Positions 30,696 through 41,100 of a DNA stretch of 64,000 nucleotides are shown here, in pieces; the stretch's first letter is position 1; each line of letters starts with the position of its first letter. The DNA is from a bacterium (GTDB lineage: Bacteria; UBA8248): positions 1,120,001 to 1,184,000 of the forward strand of contig OY843592.1 in NCBI GenBank assembly GCA_963692865.2. Direction: 5' to 3'. The notes below the pieces were generated by a model, which was not told where the DNA came from, did not search any database, and saw only the letters and a list, made by a program, of their open reading frames with translations. Made by a program: the position numbers and the translations under genes.

Positions 30696-31799
30696 TTATC
30701 CGTCCTTTCGGGGGTCGGGAAGAATCATCGGCTCCACGTCCTTGAGCAGCGGCAAGACCTCGCGTCCAAAAATCTCGGCTTCCTCCAGGTAAGGCCAGCC
30801 GTGCATGATGAAATGCGTTACGCCGGCGTCGATGTATTGGCGGAACTGATTCGCCACCATCTCCGGCGTACCCACGAAGGTGGTGGCCCCGCCTGCGCGC
30901 ACCTTGTTCACGCCCATCCAGATCGTGTCGGTGAGCCAGAGGGATTCGCGCGACGCCATCTCGTTGATGCGCGACTGGCTCGTGGATTCGCTCAGGCGAA
31001 CCGAATCCGCCCAGGTGGCGGTATTGCTGATGTCACTGCCGCTCAGCCAGCCCTCCACCGCGCGCCTCGCTTCTTGTTTGGTCTCCCGCACGCAGACGCA
31101 GTGGCGCACCCCGAATTCGAGGGGGGCTTCGCGCTCGAACTCCTTTTCCAGCATTTTGACCTCTTGAATTTCCTTCGCCACGGTTTCGGGCTCATAGGCG
31201 AAATAGACGTGAACGTCGCCATAGCGCGCTGCGACGCGCTTTCCGCCGGGGGAACTGCCCGCCAGGAAGATGGCGGGATGTGGCTTTGAGAAGCGCTTCG
31301 GCCAGACGTGAGCGTCTTCCAAGTGAAAGAAGCGGCCCTTGAAATTCACAGGCCCTTCTTCCCGCCAGAGGCGGTGCACGATATCCAGAAACTCCTCGGT
31401 AACTTCGTATCTTTCATCGTGAGGCGCGTGGTAGCCGTAGCGCCTCAAGTCCGCGGAGTTCGCGCCCGAGACGACGTTGAGCGACAGGCGGCCTTTCGTG
31501 AAGTAATCGAGCGTGTTCGCCTGCTGGGCGGCGTAGACCGGACCCACCAGGCCGGGGCGGAAGGCGACCAGAAACTTGATTTTCTTCGTTCGGGTCGCCA
31601 GGGCGGAGGCCGTCTGCCAGGCGTCCAGACAGTGTGTGCCCGTCGGAACCAGAATGTTGACGCACCCGGCGTCTTCGGCCGCTTGCGCGACACGGGCCAG
31701 ATAATCCAGCGTGGCGGGACGCTCGGGGGCGGCGGGGTTGATTTGATGGCCATCGCCCGCGTTGAACGAGCATAAAGCCCAATGAAACTGAACGGCCAA
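30696..31799 (-). CDS. LLM-class flavin-dependent monooxygenase (SsuD-like)
   Basis: LVPTG..C.DAW, FLVAFRPG, LNVVSG, HDERY, AGSS, VGTPE. TTG start with AGGAG RBS. Confidence 0.85.
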   Translation of the reverse strand: MAVQFHWALCSFNAGDGHQINPAAPERPATLDYLARVAQAAEDAGCVNILVPTGTHCLDAWQTASALATRTKKIKFLVAFRPGLVGPVYAAQQANTLDYFTKGRLSLNVVSGANSADLRRYGYHAPHDERYEVTEEFLDIVHRLWREEGPVNFKGRFFHLEDAHVWPKRFSKPHPAIFLAGSSPGGKRVAARYGDVHVYFAYEPETVAKEIQEVKMLEKEFEREAPLEFGVRHCVCVRETKQEARRAVEGWLSGSDISNTATWADSVRLSESTSQSRINEMASRESLWLTDTIWMGVNKVRAGGATTFVGTPEMVANQFRQYIDAGVTHFIMHGWPYLEEAEIFGREVLPLLKDVEPMILPDPRKDG

Positions 31800-32045
31800 G
31801 TCTGCTCCTGTGTCTGGAATGCGCGCCGGATTCGTCCAATGCCTCGAACGGAAAGGCCGCTGCCAAGTAGGAATCCGGCGCTTTTCGCTCTGGATATTAC
31901 ACCATCGCCAATCCCCCAAAAATGCGAGGAGAACTCGAAGCGCCCAACAGGCGGCAGGTCAGAGAAGACGTGTGCGGCGTGGGCGCCCGATTTGGTGCTT
32001 TCATGAGCAGGCTTTAGATGGTTCCCCGATTACTTTCAAGCCTGT

Positions 32046-33251
32046 TCACCACCGCTTGGGATGATCATCGGGAATGGGGCCGCTCAAGGCGCCGCGGCCC
32101 GATTTCTGCCTGATGTAGACGGTCTTGTCGTGATCGTCCGGGATTTCTCCGTTCAGCGCTTTTTTCAGCCAATCCACGGCCCAGGGGTTCAGGTCCAGGT
32201 TGCCGAGCCCCTGCATTCCCCACACCCTGTGGAACTCGTTTTCCAGCACCCATAACTCCTTAGGCGCCGTGATCTCCTCGAAGAAACGAAAAGCGTCTTC
32301 CAGGTGGCTCAGCGGGTCGAACTCCCCGGTGGCCAGCAGCGTCGGGCAGGATATTTTCTCCCCGCAGCCATTTAGCGTCATCTTCGAAGCCATCTCGTCG
32401 AAGGCCTCTTCGTCCGCGTATCCGGCCATGTACATGAAGATTTGCTTGAAACGCGGCGAGGCTTCGCCGAAGATCACGTGTTTGTCCGAAAAGGTGGCGC
32501 TGCCTCCCGCGCAGGCCTTGATCCGCTCGTCTATCGCAGCGGCGAGCGGCGCCCAGTAAGAGCCCATGCTGATGCCGAAGACGCCGATTTTATCCGCGTC
32601 GATTTCCTCGCGGGTTACCAGATAATCGACGACCGCGGAAACGGCGCGCTCGTAGTTATTTTCGGTCACGCGAATTTTGCGCATGTTGGAGATGCCTTGT
32701 CCGGGGCCGTCGATGGCGCAGGCGTGCAAGCCGCGCCGGATCATGTCGTTCTGCAGGATGTAGGGGTAAAATTCCTTCGTCTGGTCCATGCCCGGAATGT
32801 AGATGATGCACGGGGCTTTTCTTCTATCCGGCAGGAGATGGAGGATGACTTGAATCTCCTGCCCCTCGAAGGGGACTTCGACCCGCTCCATCGGGTAGTC
32901 GGCCAGGGCCATCGCGCGGTCGTAGCAGCGGATCAACCCGGCGTGAAGTTTGATTTTCTGCGGGTGGTCGTCCTGGAAGATCACGTGTTGTCCCTTGCGG
33001 TATGATTCCGACGCCTGGATGTAGAGTTCGAGCGCCGTTTCCTTCAGGCCGGCCTCTTCCGCCGCCCGGGCGATTTCTTCTTTGTGTTCCGCGTCCTCGC
33101 CCTGGAGTTTGCTGATCATCTTGTAGTTCTTGACGCCCTTTGGAAGTTCGAACTTGTCGTCTTCGAAGTTCTGGACCATTCCGGCCGTCTTGGCGATGTA
33201 ATCGAGAATCCATTGCTGGTTGTCCCGATGGCGAACGTGTTTCAAAGGCAT
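32046..33251 (-). CDS. Alpha/beta hydrolase (2,6-dihydroxypseudooxynicotine hydrolase-like)
   Basis: PGMDQTKE, DGPGQG, nucleophile elbow GISMG, GEFDPL, and a C-terminal His. Confidence 0.8.
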   Translation of the reverse strand: MPLKHVRHRDNQQWILDYIAKTAGMVQNFEDDKFELPKGVKNYKMISKLQGEDAEHKEEIARAAEEAGLKETALELYIQASESYRKGQHVIFQDDHPQKIKLHAGLIRCYDRAMALADYPMERVEVPFEGQEIQVILHLLPDRRKAPCIIYIPGMDQTKEFYPYILQNDMIRRGLHACAIDGPGQGISNMRKIRVTENNYERAVSAVVDYLVTREEIDADKIGVFGISMGSYWAPLAAAIDERIKACAGGSATFSDKHVIFGEASPRFKQIFMYMAGYADEEAFDEMASKMTLNGCGEKISCPTLLATGEFDPLSHLEDAFRFFEEITAPKELWVLENEFHRVWGMQGLGNLDLNPWAVDWLKKALNGEIPDDHDKTVYIRQKSGRGALSGPIPDDHPKRW

Positions 33252-33312
33252 ACGATTATCCTCGCTTGATCAGGTTGTATGAGCGCCCATTCTTATCGAA
33301 ATATCTCGAAGC

Positions 33313-34416
33313 CTAGCATCCGCTTTTTCCGTCTTGCGGGATGGTGAGAATTTCCGCTGAATTCAGCACCTCGTTGTCGGATGCGCCCCCTGCGATGAGA
33401 ACCCGCCCTCCTCCGAGGGAAGTGGCCGTATGGAGGCGTCTGGGAGATTTCATTTCGACTCCCACAGCCCAGAAGCATCCCTTATCGGGTTCGAACACTT
33501 CCGCGCCGGCGAGGGTTCGCCCCTCGCCGCCCCAGCCGCCGATCAGGACGACTCTGCCGTCAGGCATCAGCGTGGCGGTATGTTGCTGGCGGTTGACGCG
33601 CAGCTTGCCTTTCAGGGGAATGAATTTCTCCGTCGCCGGGTCGTAGATTTCAGCGCCGGCGAGCGTTTTTTCCTTGCCCAGGCCGCCTGCGATGAGCACC
33701 TTTCCGTCCTTGAGCCTCGTTGCGGTGTGGCGGCTTCTCTGCGTCGTCAGGCTTCGTACCAGCCGCGTTCTTCTGCCGGAAGGCGAATAAAGCTCCGCGT
33801 ACCTCGCCCCTTTTCCTTCCGCGCCGCCGAGGATGAGGACGCCGCCTCCGGGCAGCGCGGTGGCGCTGTGCTGCTGGCGCGCCATGAGCATGGGCCTGCG
33901 CGAGGGGAGGAAGCGCCTTTTGCCGGACGCGTAAATTTCCAGATGGCGGATGGCGCGCTTGCCGTCGTTGCCGCCCGCGATGAGCACGTCTCCGCCGGGC
34001 AGCTTCGTCATCGTGTGGTCATAGCGGCCATACTTCATCATGGCCCGTGCGCGAAGCCCCCCGCCGGGTTTTATAAGAAAGGAATCTCTGAGCGCTTCGC
34101 CTCCGGTTGTCCAGCCCCCGGTAATCAGCACACCGTCCTTCAGGAGGAGCGCCTTGTGCCAGCCGCGCTTCCTCAGACCCCCAATCTTGTAGGGTTTGAA
34201 TGTCCCTTGGGCCGGGTCGAATATCTCGAAATCGTCGAGCGGAGAAGTTTTCGTGAGTCCCGCGGCGATGAGTATTTCGCCTGAATCAAGCGTCGTGGCC
34301 GTATGCCCGTGCCGGGGGGCGTTCATGTTTCCCGACGTGGAGAAATCCCCCTCGCCGCCGCAGGCGGAAAGGACGATGCCGAGGCAAAGACAAAGAACCG
34401 TTCGTTTTCCCATCAT
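33313..34416 (-). CDS. Kelch-repeat beta-propeller lipoprotein
   Basis: Lipobox VLSAC and about six R..HTAT.L..G.VLIAGG...AE.Y.P repeats. Confidence 0.85.
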   Translation of the reverse strand: MMGKRTVLCLCLGIVLSACGGEGDFSTSGNMNAPRHGHTATTLDSGEILIAAGLTKTSPLDDFEIFDPAQGTFKPYKIGGLRKRGWHKALLLKDGVLITGGWTTGGEALRDSFLIKPGGGLRARAMMKYGRYDHTMTKLPGGDVLIAGGNDGKRAIRHLEIYASGKRRFLPSRRPMLMARQQHSATALPGGGVLILGGAEGKGARYAELYSPSGRRTRLVRSLTTQRSRHTATRLKDGKVLIAGGLGKEKTLAGAEIYDPATEKFIPLKGKLRVNRQQHTATLMPDGRVVLIGGWGGEGRTLAGAEVFEPDKGCFWAVGVEMKSPRRLHTATSLGGGRVLIAGGASDNEVLNSAEILTIPQDGKSGC

Positions 34417-34528
34417 ACTTCCTTCGGGCTTTGAGCCGCTTTGGCGGGAGGCCTCCTGATGGCCTGGTGAACGTCCCTATGATACATTTTCACTCATACC
34501 TCCAGTCCATTCCATACCGGGAGCCATT

Positions 34529-35479
34529 ATGCGCGAGACAAGCGATATACGAAACGTCGCTGTCATCGGGGGAGGGTACGTGGGCCGGGGCGTGGCGCTG
34601 CAGTTCGCCCTGGCGGATTATCGCGTCTTGATGTTCAACAGAAGCCCCGAGAGCGCGGCTCGCGCGCGCGCTGAAATCGAGAAAAGCCTTGGAATACTCA
34701 TTGACGCCGGTGCGCTGGATGATAAAGAAGCGCGCGCCGTTTCAGAGCGCATCGCCCAAACGCAGGATTTCCACGAAGCAGCAGTCGGAGGCGATTTCGT
34801 CGTCGAGGCGGTGAGTGAAATTTTATCGCTCAAACAAGATGTTTTCGAGAAGATGGACGCGATAGCCCCGCCCGACGTGATTCTGGCGAGCGAGACTTCG
34901 GGGCTGGGCATGACGGAAATTTCCGCGCGAACGAAGCATCCCGAGCGTTGCGTCGTCACGCACAACTACACCCCCCCTCATCTCGTTCCCGTGGTGGAGG
35001 TGGCGGCGGGCCGCCGGACGAGCCCGGATGCGACGCGGATCACATGCGAGTTGCTCGAAAAGTCGGGAAAAGAACCCATCGTATGCCGGGAGGTGCCCGG
35101 ACACATCGGGGTGAGGCTCACGACGGCGCTCAGGCGCGAGGCCTTTCATATCGTGGAGAAAGGCTACGCGCGCCCCGAGGACGTCGATGCCGTGTGGCGC
35201 TCGATCGCCTCTCTGTTCCCGGCGCTGGGATTGTGCAAGCTCAACGATTTCTCGGGAATGGACGTTTTGCGCGATGTGCACCGGAACATCCAGCCCTCCC
35301 TCGATCACCGAGCGGAACCCAGTCCCTTGATGGACGAGATGATCGAGAAGAACCTGCTCGGCATCAAGAGCGGCGAGGGGTTTTACAGGTGGACGGAGGA
35401 ATCGGCCCGGGAGGCGGCGCGGGCGCGGGACGCGGAATTGATTCGAATGTATAGAAAAAACAACGCTTCGGAGGAGTAG
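34529..35479 (+). CDS. 3-hydroxyacyl-CoA dehydrogenase family protein
   Basis: VIGGGYVG, VEAVSE...K, ASETS, H...PPHLVPVVE, LGIKSGEGFY. Confidence 0.87.
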   Translation: MRETSDIRNVAVIGGGYVGRGVALQFALADYRVLMFNRSPESAARARAEIEKSLGILIDAGALDDKEARAVSERIAQTQDFHEAAVGGDFVVEAVSEILSLKQDVFEKMDAIAPPDVILASETSGLGMTEISARTKHPERCVVTHNYTPPHLVPVVEVAAGRRTSPDATRITCELLEKSGKEPIVCREVPGHIGVRLTTALRREAFHIVEKGYARPEDVDAVWRSIASLFPALGLCKLNDFSGMDVLRDVHRNIQPSLDHRAEPSPLMDEMIEKNLLGIKSGEGFYRWTEESAREAARARDAELIRMYRKNNASEE

Positions 35480-35522
35480 GAGCGAAAATCGGGTTCGCGA
35501 ACCTTCATGCGGGGGAGCCGAC

Positions 35523-36740
35523 ATGGTGGATTACATTCTGGACGACGAACTGAAAGCCTGGCGGAGCAAGATCGCCGAATTCTCGAAGAACGAATTGAGG
35601 CCCTACGCGGCCGAGTGGGACCGCCAAAACGGGATCGACCCGACGAGTTCTTTTCCCATGGACGCGCTCAGGAAAGCCTCGGCGGCGGGTATCCGGACGC
35701 TCACGACGCCCAGGGAGATGGGCGGGGAGGGTTTCGGGATATTCGCGCACGTGGTCCTGCTGGAGGAGCTTTTCCAGGGCGAGGCGGGCTTCGCCTCCGT
35801 CATCCACCAGAACTGGAAGCTCGCCAAGATGCTCTGCCACTTCACCACCGAGGAGCAGCGCGCGGAGTTCCTGCCCCGCTACATGGACATGGACACCTCC
35901 ACCATGGCCATCGGCATGACGGAGCCCCAGGCGGGCACGGACAACATCATGCCCGCCACGAACATCGACGGCGGCGCGCGGCTCTCCGCCGCCAGGCAGG
36001 GCGATACCTGGATACTGAACGGGAAGAAGCACTTCATCGCCTGCGCGTCGATGAGCAACATCAATTTCATCGTGGCGCGAACCAACCCGAACGCTCCCGT
36101 GAACGAGGGCGCCACCATGTTCATCACCACGGACGAGATACCCGGCTTTAGGCGCGGAATCGTCCACGGAAAGCTCGGCGCGCGCCTTCTGATGAACGGC
36201 GAACTCATCTTCGAGAACGCCGAAGTGCCCGAAAAATGGCGGCTCAGCGAGGTGGACGGCGGCCTGCCCTACATGGCCCGCGTCTTCTCGCGCCACTCGC
36301 CGACCACGGCCACCTTCGGCATCGGCATCGCGCGCGCCGCCTTCGAGGACGCCCGCGCCTACGCCAGAGAGCGCGTGCAGGGCGGCAAGCCCATCATCGA
36401 GCATGCGCGGATTCGCGAGATTCTGGCCGACATGTACGTGAACATCACCGTCGCGCGAGACGCCGTCTGGCGCGCGGCCTGGCACGCGGATACGGCGGGG
36501 GATGATGAATACGACCACAAGGAGGGCATGCGCGCCGCCCTGTTCGCCTCCGAGATGGCGCCCCAGGTCTGCATCAAGGGGATGAACATCTTCGGCGGCA
36601 ACGGCTATATGGACACCCACCCGGCGGAGCGCCACCTGCGCGACGCGATGATGTGCTACCACATCGACGGGCTGAACGACACCACGCGCTTAAAGCTCGG
36701 GGGGTTGCTGGCGGGAGAGGCCTTCGCGGGCGCGCTCTAG
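35523..36740 (+). CDS. Acyl-CoA dehydrogenase family protein
   Basis: MTEPQAGTD, LNGKKHFI, RVQGGKPI, FGGNGY, ERHLRDA, HIDG. Confidence 0.87.
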   Translation: MVDYILDDELKAWRSKIAEFSKNELRPYAAEWDRQNGIDPTSSFPMDALRKASAAGIRTLTTPREMGGEGFGIFAHVVLLEELFQGEAGFASVIHQNWKLAKMLCHFTTEEQRAEFLPRYMDMDTSTMAIGMTEPQAGTDNIMPATNIDGGARLSAARQGDTWILNGKKHFIACASMSNINFIVARTNPNAPVNEGATMFITTDEIPGFRRGIVHGKLGARLLMNGELIFENAEVPEKWRLSEVDGGLPYMARVFSRHSPTTATFGIGIARAAFEDARAYARERVQGGKPIIEHARIREILADMYVNITVARDAVWRAAWHADTAGDDEYDHKEGMRAALFASEMAPQVCIKGMNIFGGNGYMDTHPAERHLRDAMMCYHIDGLNDTTRLKLGGLLAGEAFAGAL

Positions 36741-37050
36741 GGCCTGATGGCCCCGAAAAGGGGCGAAAACCGCCGTTTTTGCCGAAAAAGGGCCGTTTTG
36801 CTCCCAAAATGCGCCGTTTCAGGGTGCGTTTATTTATCGTAAAACTACCTTAATTTATCCAAAAACCCCGTGAATTTATCGAATTTTACAGGAAATATCA
36901 TTATTTGCATTCCCATGAATTCTTGCGTTCCTCGCGCGTTCTTCGTGAGAAGCGCGCCTTCCGGGTTTTGTCGCATCCTCATTCTCCTCCGGGAAACACG
37001 AGCGGCAATCTACACGAACCCGCCCGTCCCGGCGCACCGCAAATGCGGGG

Positions 37051-37082
37051 AAATGCGCACCCCGGTTCATTGACGAATCCAT
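37051..37082. repeat. 32-bp direct repeat, copy 1 (AAATGCGCACCCCGGTTCATTGACGAATCCAT)
   Basis: Identical to 37977-38008. Confidence 0.9.
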
Positions 37083-37251
37083 TGAAGGTTCTTGGACGCC
37101 GGGGAATCGACGCTTGAGGGCAAGGCTTGGTTTTGGCGTCCCATTAAGGGACGCCGCGCCTTCACCGACCCGAAAGGACGGGGGCGAGCGGATGAAAGAT
37201 CCTTGAAGCCCCTTTGCGCGGTTCTGCGAGCGCGTCCGATCGCGGCTCGCC

Positions 37252-37545
37252 TCACGCCGGTTGCGGCTCGTAGCGATCTACCTCGATTTCATCCTCGCGC
37301 TCCAGCGCCCGCGCGATGTCGTAGGCCGACTGAAGGCGTATCCAGGTCTCCGTCGTCGAGCCGAAGGCCTTGGCGAGTCGTATCGCCATCTCGCTCGACA
37401 TCCGCGCTCGCCCGTTCACCAGGTTCGAGAGCGCCTGGCGGCTGACGCCCAGCGCCTTGGCGCCTTCGGTCACGCTCAAGCCCAGCGGCTCCAGACACGA
37501 GACGCGCACGACCTTGCCGGGATGCGGCGGATTCTTCATGGGCAT
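37252..37545 (-). CDS. higA: HigA-family antitoxin
   Basis: [11 protein letters not shown] ([23 protein letters not shown]), [21 protein letters not shown]. Confidence 0.93.
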   Translation of the reverse strand: MPMKNPPHPGKVVRVSCLEPLGLSVTEGAKALGVSRQALSNLVNGRARMSSEMAIRLAKAFGSTTETWIRLQSAYDIARALEREDEIEVDRYEPQPA

Positions 37546-37563
37546 GGTGGGCCCCTCCTTGGT

Positions 37564-37842
37564 TCAGTGATAGTCGATGAGTTCAACGTCGTAGACGTCC
37601 TCGCCTTCGAAGCGGAAAATGATGCGCCAGTTCGCGTTCACGGTGACCGACCAATAGCCTCTCCATTCGCCCTTTAGTTGGTGGAGCCGATAGTAGGGCA
37701 TTCGCAATGCCTCCGGCGACAAGGCGACATCGAGTTGGGCCAGAATCACCTCCACTCGTTCCCGCAGGTCGGGATGGATGCGGCTGGGGTCGCCGCGTTG
37801 GTATAAGCGTCTGAGGCCGCGATGCCGAAAACTCTTTATCAT
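37564..37842 (-). CDS. higB: HigB-family (RelE-fold) toxin
   Basis: MIKSFRHRGL, YRLHQLKG...GYWSVTVNANWRIIFRF, LIDYH. Lies upstream of higA. Confidence 0.93.
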   Translation of the reverse strand: MIKSFRHRGLRRLYQRGDPSRIHPDLRERVEVILAQLDVALSPEALRMPYYRLHQLKGEWRGYWSVTVNANWRIIFRFEGEDVYDVELIDYH

Positions 37843-37848
37843 CCGTGA

Positions 37849-37877
37849 AATGTAATGTGTCAATCGACGCTTGTCAA
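37849..37877 (-). promoter_or_regulatory. Sigma70-type promoter of higBA (probably leaderless)
   Basis: TTGACA (37877-37872), 17 nt, TACATT (37854-37849), then 6 nt to the higB ATG. Confidence 0.7.
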
Positions 37878-37976
37878 CCGCGTATCCGAGCCGGAGCATC
37901 CTTCGCCCGGTTTCGGGAGGAGCGGCCTGTCTTACAGGTTGGAGGAGAGCACGTAGACTTGGCGCCTGCGCGCCGC

Positions 37977-38008
37977 AAATGCGCACCCCGGTTCATTGAC
38001 GAATCCAT
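37977..38008. repeat. 32-bp direct repeat, copy 2
   Basis: Identical to 37051-37082. Confidence 0.9.
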
Positions 38009-38128
38009 GAGTGTGGGATGATGGCCGGGTTTGATGCGAGTGATTGTTTCCGGCGTAATGAGGCGCATGATGGTTGAGTACGACAATTATCGGATGTCTC
38101 TCAAGCGTCTCGAGGAGCAATACGAAAA

Positions 38129-41100
38129 TTACATCGAACTCGACGAGGCGTTGCCCCGATAAGCCGTCGCCGAGGCGGCTGCCTGAGCAAAAGGCTTGCC
38201 GTTTGATTGTTCTTTCGAGTTATCGCGGGTGTATTTGCACGTGGGATAATTCGAGCATCCTATAAAAGGGCCGTATCGACCGTTTTTTGCCTCTAGCGAG
38301 CCGTCGCATTCGGGGCAGGCCTCGATGAACTTGCCGCACTCTCGGCAGCGGAAGGCTTCGGCCGCCTTGACTGGTAATCCCTTCCCGCAAACCGGACATG
38401 GCTGCTGTGTATGCCTGCAATGAGGGTAGTTCGAACAGCCGTAGAAGATGCCGCCGTTCTGTCTGTTTTGGCGTTGCTCGATCCGTCCCTCGATACATGC
38501 CGGGCAGGGGACGTCGTAATGCGGCATCCAGCCGAAGACGGTGACGTCGTATTCCCCGTCGAACAGCTCCATGTCAAAGGGAGAAGTCGGACCGCCCTCG
38601 GCAAGAAGAAAGACGCGGCGTCTGGCGCGGGTGATGGCGACGTAGAACAGGCGCCGCTCCTCGGCATTCGGGTAATCTTCGGGCACAGAGAGAACCAGAT
38701 CGAGCAACGGGTCGTCTTCGATCTCAGTGGGGAAGCCGTACCTCCCCGAACACAGGTCGAGCAGCACGACGTAATCCGCTTCGCGTCCCTTGGCGCTGTG
38801 CACGGTTTTGTAGGATATCCCGAGTCCGGCATACTTCCTTGCCAGAGCAGATATGTTCTGCGGCTTCGTGTGTTTGTAGCGGCCCAACAACAGCACGCTC
38901 GATTTCCCCTCAAACTTCGCGGCGTCCTCTGTGATCTTGTCTAGCGCCTCATTCAACAGGGGAAGTCCTTGCTCGCCGGAAAGACCTACATGGACGCACG
39001 GCCTGTCCGCCCGGTGCACCGAACCGACCCTCTTGGATATCTGCGCAGGGTTGCGCAGAACGAATTCGGTGGCGACGGAGGCGATGCGGTCGGCGCAGCG
39101 GAAGGTCGTCTCCAGAGGGATGCGTTCACAGTCGCCGAAGTGCTCTATGAACTCCCGCATGATTCCGATGTCCGAGCCTGTGAAGCGGTATATCGCCTGC
39201 CAGTCATCCCCGACGGCGAACAGCCGGGCGCCCGGCGACTTCTCCAAAAGCGCCTTCAACAACCTTGCCCTGCCCTGCGAGATGTCCTGGAACTCATCAA
39301 CCAGGATGTAACCGAAAGGGCTGCTATAGCGGCCGGTTTCCACATGCTCCGTCGCTCTGTCAATCATGTCGTGGAAGTCGATCTCTTCTGATCGGGAGAG
39401 AGTTTCCTCGTAGCGCTCGAAGGCCGGCTGGAACAGGGTGAGGAAGGCTTCGGCCCGCAAGCGGTCCGGATGGTCGGCGGCTTGCCGGGCGACTTCCGGG
39501 AAACTCAGCCATGCGCCCTTGAAGTGCTCGAGAAAGGTCGCCAGCAGACGCATGAACGGATTGATTCGTCCCTGCCGATTCAGCATGGCGAAGACCTCGT
39601 CACGGGGAATGGGGGACAAGGTTACGCCGTAGGCGAGTAGCCTCCCGGCCAGATTTTCGGTCAATCTACCGGCGGCGCGCTCATAGCTGAAGGTCTCGAT
39701 CAAGATAGTGCCGTGTTCGGCGTGGGTCCGGCGTTTCCACGCCATCGATTCGAGATACTCTTTCTGCGGAACGAACGGAGCGGTCTTCCCCTCGATGTCG
39801 ATCCCGAAAGGCTCGATACAGATACCTTCTTGCAGTTTCTCCCTAAGTTTCGTTTTTTCGATCTCGATCCCCAAGTGCTCAATGTAGATACCGGCTTCGG
39901 TCAGATAGAAATCCGGCCTGTACGGCCCCTTCTCCGGCGTAGCCGTGTCGTGCTCATACTTGCGTTCGTACTCGTAGGGCACGCCGTTGAGGTAGAGGAA
40001 GTTGGCGATCTCACATTCCTCGTAGCTGGGAACCTTCTCGCCCTTGAGCGAGCGGATCTCATGCCGCCGAATATAGTCCCGGTACTCACTATAGCTCTCG
40101 AATTCGTGCTCGCTCCTGTAGGGCGCGAACTGAGACTGAAACCATTTCAGCAAATCTTCATAGTATTTTTGTTCCGCAGCCAAGTCAGTGACGATGGTCT
40201 TGAGCAGGTCGAGTAGCGCCTTTTCGTCTTCAGCGGCCTTGGCCAAGCCCGGGCGCCTGCCTTCGGCTTCACCGATGATCTTCATACCCAGGCCGTGGAA
40301 CGTCCTGACGGTCATGTCGGCCGCCGCTTCGTCGCTGAGACGCTTGCGGATCCGTTCTTCCATCTCTTTCTGCGCGTCTTTAGCGAACGCCAGGAGCAGC
40401 AATTCCGAGGGACGCCGGTAGCCTCTATGGAGAAGCCAGCCTGCCTTGGCCACGATCACAGAGGTCTTGCCGCTGCCGGCAGCGGCGACCACCAGATTCC
40501 GGTCATCGTCTACGACGACCGCCCGGCGCTGCTCCTCGGTAAGTGGCCGATCCTCGATCCGGTCGAAGAACTCCCGCAACCGGAACATTTCATTTTCGAC
40601 GAAAGCTTTGTTCGCTTTCTCCCGTATAGGCTCTGGGTCTTTTAGAAAATCCTGTATCCTTTTCAGCAGCCGGATTTCCGGAGCATTCGACAGCACCTTC
40701 GGCCAGCGCTCCGCGAATTGATCCGCCGCCTTCTTTGCGTTGCGCCTCAGTTTACGGAAGACGCTGCGCGCCATGTACTCTGGCGGACTCACAAGTTGTA
40801 GCAGGCGCTCATCTACCGAATGGAGAGCCGCGATCTCTTCCACCAGCGTCCTGCGCCACCAATGGATTCTGTTGGTCTCCAATACTTCGACGAACGCCCA
40901 AGCGTCGTCCTGCGTCAGCCCCGACACGGTTGCGCGCCCTGTCGAATGATGGAAGTGGATGCCGCACCAGCGTAGCCCGATTTCAACTTTGGCCGACACG
41001 ATGTCCTCAATAGGAATTTCCGTGTATCGGGACCCGTGCATTGGTTTCAGGGAGTTCGCGCTCACGAATGCAGCCTTGGCGTCTCGTGGTCGCAAGACCG

